Positions 60,801 to 64,000 of a DNA stretch of 64,000 bases are shown here, piece after piece. Position 1 is the stretch's first letter. Each line of letters opens with the position of its first letter. The notes beneath the pieces were generated by a model, which was not told the origin of the DNA, ran no database searches, and was given only the letters and a program-made list of their open reading frames with translations. The stretch is from Anthoceros angustus (Eukaryota; Plantae; Anthocerotophyta), in contig VJWM01000019.1 in NCBI GenBank assembly GCA_010909165.1, positions 806,001-870,000 of the forward strand, in the 5' to 3' direction. The translations under genes were made by a program, and so were the position numbers.

Positions 60801-61581
60801 ACTCTTTCCATGACATGACGAGTTGTGAGGAAATGCATGATAGTTATGCATGGGGTGGAGGCCGCACATCGTGAGGGAGGCTGCATGCTGGTGCACCGTG
60901 GAGGGATGGTCTCCTCGTATGGGACAAAACTAACATGCATAATGATCAAGGTGGATATGATACCGCCGAGTACATCACGGTAGGGTGGGGGTAACTACAG
61001 AAGAAGAACAAGGTTTCAATGTTACCTAACACCGCCCTTGGCTGCTCAATAATGGTCGCATTGGGCACAACATCGTCAAGAAGCTTCTTTATATGTCATT
61101 GGACAAGCTCGTATGTGCTTATCGAGGCCATTAGGGTTGATGCGTAAGATGATCAACAACTTCTCCAAAGAAGGAGATTGGATATTAGATGCGCATGCGG
61201 TGAAGTGACGACGACCTAGCAAATACGCTATGTGGCCGCAATTGCATCGCCGTGACTTGGACAAACGATGCGGAATTCATTCCCCAAAGGATACATGGAT
61301 ATGAGGTACTTCAGCCGAGGAGGAATTGAATCATGAGCCACACCGACGAGGACCCGCCAGGCAAAGGAATTAAGCTTGTCCGAGAAGGGTCACTGCAAGC
61401 ACAGTCGTACCTTTGGGGTTCAACAGATGAAAGAGAAAACGGGCAAATCTTGATGACGGGCAGAACTCGAGCGCAGTGCCATCCAGACTACAACACCCAA
61501 AGCGCCCTCCTCGCCTCTTGGATGTGGAGAATGCCATGTGAGAACGACAACTTCGAGGACCCCGACAACGCCTCCTCGTAA
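57822..61581 (+). pseudogene. ParB/Srx-like domain fused to a beta-class N4C/N6A DNA methyltransferase (full-length copy, frameshifted in this sequence)
   Basis: GGNHTYAAMKRL (59595-59630); YQVVARDVLDI..KRNYTLLVMDVPG (60660-60746); LLVWDKTN...AEYITVGW (60911-60990); RPLGLMRKMINNFSKEGDWILDA (61125-61193); CG..TTT / LAN.LCGRNCIAV (61196-61254); acidic tail to TAA 61581. Confidence 0.72.
60660..61265 (+). other. N6_N4 amino-methyltransferase catalytic domain (motif IV before motif I, beta permutation)
   Basis: Catalytic D-V-P-[Y missing]-G precedes the SAM-binding ILD.C.G.GTT..A...GR.CIAV, with the typical W.K and KP.L...I...S..GD.+LD elements. Confidence 0.8.
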
Positions 61582-62178
61582 ACGCCGATGTTGTGTTCGA
61601 TAGCGATTCGGGCAATGCCCACCCGAGACTCAAGCCGGGCGAAGATTTTGGTAGTTAGGTTATTGGAAATTTACGCTCTGCTATGTGTCCAAATTTTAGA
61701 AATTTTTCCAGTATGACGATGCCTACGCAAACATTCCCTTTAATCTTTATATTGCTTTTAGTGCTATGTATTGCTTTCAAGTAGGTGTGAAATCACGACA
61801 AGCAACCGTCAATATCACCATGGAAGACCATTGGGGCCTTTCGGGCATACTACGACCATAACTGCAGTGCACTTGTGAAAAGTAGCCGATGTCAGAGGAA
61901 GGGAGGAATGAACCATCACCAAGAAAATTAAAACGTCAAATGGGAATTCAAAGGCTCACCATGTTTTCCAAATAGCTTGGTTTTTTCCGCAGGTTGTTTT
62001 GTATATTCACCGCCTAAATATTATGCCAGTTGTAGGCTTATCTTGAGGTCTGGCTGGACAGGGAGTATGTAGCATGAGAACTGGAACCAGATTTGTGGAG
62101 CGCAGGTTAGATTGCCTAGATCTGCGGCATGTTTGATAAACTTTTTTTTTTGGACTGAGCTCACTATGGTGGGTATAT

Positions 62179-62293
62179 GTGGCAGGGGAGTGGTGGATTG
62201 AGGTGGCAGGGACGTGTTGGGTACGGGTGGCAAGGGGTGGCAAGGGAGTGGTGGATTGAGGTGGCAGGGAAGTGGTAGGCAGAGGTGGCAGGG
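62179..62293. repeat. Short minisatellite, six GTGGCA(G/A)GGG cores
   Basis: GAGTGGTGGATTGAGGTGGCAGGGA appears twice. Confidence 0.8.
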
Positions 62294-63115
62294 TATGCAG
62301 TTGGGTTTAGGTGGTCCTTGGTTCATTGTATTTCTAATCGCTGGTTCTTGATGGCTTTCATGGAACTCCCGAGGGAACCGCTGGATATGCACGGTGGTGG
62401 AGTATCGAAGATCACCTTGTAGGATCACACGATCACAGCAGCCTGACACCTACAACCGGATCCGTGGAGGTGCGAGCTGCGACCGAGGGATCAAGCTTTA
62501 GGGTTGTGCTCGGTTCTTTGGCTCGCTGTGGCAGGTACAAAGTTGGAGTCTAACAAATAGCTATGCTTTTGTTTAGGTGGTGCATGTAGCGTATGGCTTA
62601 TTACCATCACCGCCAAATGGAGCCAAGGGCTAAGTAAACGTCGACAAAGAAGAACGCCAGCCTGTGCCCAGTACATAAGTCAAGCATCTTCTAGTGAAGC
62701 TGGTGTTCAAGAGTTGTCGGGAAGGAGACTAACAAGGAAACTTGGTATTCCTCAAGTGCAGAGGTCAAACGAGGGGACCCATGCAGCACGAGAGGAAGGT
62801 GGAGCAGAAGAGGATGCCACTACTGTGCAAGAAACTCAGGTGCCCAAACTTTAACCGTCTGCATGAAGTTTAGAGAGCGCGTAGCTATGGGTCATTGCTT
62901 CGGTGTTAAGGAATGCTTGACGTCAGCAAGGTGATGTGGCTCGCAAATTAGGTCATCGCTTTCTAGAGCTTACAAGTGGATACACAGCAGAATGTCGTCA
63001 AGACATTATGGAGAAGTTTAGTAACCTACCATTGCTGAAGATGTTTTGACCAAGAGCTCGACAGGATGCCAAAGACAGCCAATTGGGAGCATTGTTGTTG
63101 AAGAATGTGCGTGAG

Positions 63116-64000
63116 TGTGGCGCGACTTTCGCTGACGGCCAGCCGGGCGCGCACAATTCCGTGTCGTTGTAGTAAGGAGTCCGTTCCCAAGAGAATGATA
63201 AGCTCCGCTGCTTCACCGATTCTCACCTTACTTTCCCGCTCAACTTTAACACACGCAATCGCTGCTTTGCGCCTAACTACTCATAACGCTCACCGAACAG
63301 CCCGTGTGGCCAAACGCTTAAGGACCCGCTTGTCAGATCGCTCACGCACGCCACTCTCCCTTTAGTCCGCTCTCATCACCTCACTACGCCATCAACCTTG
63401 GAAAAGAACGCAAGTGGCTACGCCCCGACCTCCTCCGTTGCTCAACCGGCCTCCGTCCGGCTCAGACGCCTCCCGAGTTCCTCCGCTCACACGCCCGGCC
63501 CGCTGACGCCGCCTGACGAACACGGGTCCCCGCCGCCTTCCCCGCACACACCACCACACGTTAGGGTCCGCTACTGTGACCTTGACGCCTCTCCGAGCTG
63601 CCGGCTCGCCATGACTCAGACTCACGTTAGCATGAAGACACACAAGGTCTGCAAGAAACGCGATCAACACCAAGAGAAGATGATTTATTCAGCCCTCAGC
63701 CTCTTATACTACGCCCAAGTCGGCGCTTTATTACACTCCTATTCGAGGGTGGCTACCAAGACGCCCTAATCGGCCGCCTACCATCCTATTCCTCCTCCTA
63801 TCTCCTTCGCTTGGTGGGCCTGGAAGGTCCTCGCCTCTTGGTGGTCCAATCTCCGTCCCGATAGCTGCGACCCAATCGGATGATCCGCGAGGCGGGACCC
63901 TTCCTCTTCCCGAATCCCGTGTACACGGGCGGCCCTGACGACCGCCACACACAACGCTCCCCCGCCCCCGAGGTCCCTCCTGTGAGGGGCCACCGACCGA
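63116..64000. mobile_element. Left end of a second member of the 4129-12671 family (runs off the right edge)
   Basis: Begins TGTGGCGCGACTTTCGCTGACGGCCAGCCGGGCGCGCACAAT, colinear with 4129-approx 5050 but clearly diverged; preceded by GTGAG (candidate TSD). Confidence 0.88.

Noticed and set aside
57822-61581. Bacterial contaminant or prophage explanation for the ParB-MTase
   Set aside because: It has a putative spliceosomal intron and plant-type promoter motifs, and is colinear with plant TEs on both sides; no bacterial genes are nearby.
34100-62100. Terminal inverted repeats for the DNA transposon
   Set aside because: By-eye comparison of 34.1-35.0 kb with 39.8-41.4 kb and 61.6-62.1 kb gave only short chance matches; an einverted/self-BLAST run is needed, so no ends are claimed.

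Overview
Eukaryotic, plant-lineage DNA made almost entirely of nested transposable elements. A non-seed plant or streptophyte alga is my inference from Copia/Gypsy types, telobox motifs, and trihelix and TFIIB-like domains. No rRNA, tRNA or CRISPR was found. The sequence is full of 1-3 nt indels and tandem duplications, so most proteins below were rebuilt by hand across frameshifts, and coordinates marked approx are approximate. Layout from left to right: (1) a minus-strand Gypsy-type retroelement whose pol carries a DNMT3-like C5-cytosine methyltransferase between protease and RT. It is split by (2) a young Copia (1156-18172, identical 175-bp LTRs, TSD TGTAT), which is itself interrupted by (3) an 8.5-kb TG..CA element with a 5-bp TSD but no LTR pair or pol (4129-12671). 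Then come (4) a second, divergent gag; (5) a minus-strand Copia with TG..TA ends (24077-30332) inserted in a trihelix-like ORF; (6) a TFIIB-related gene with three cyclin repeats; and (7) a DDD-type DNA transposase transcribed divergently from a spliced gene encoding a ParB/Srx-like domain fused to a prokaryote-type beta-class N4C/N6A DNA methyltransferase. Most of 27.5-45 kb is repeated at 45-59.8 kb. The best candidate for a new system is the transposase plus ParB-amino-methyltransferase pair, followed by the retroelement-borne DNMT3-like enzyme knocked out by a Copia insertion.
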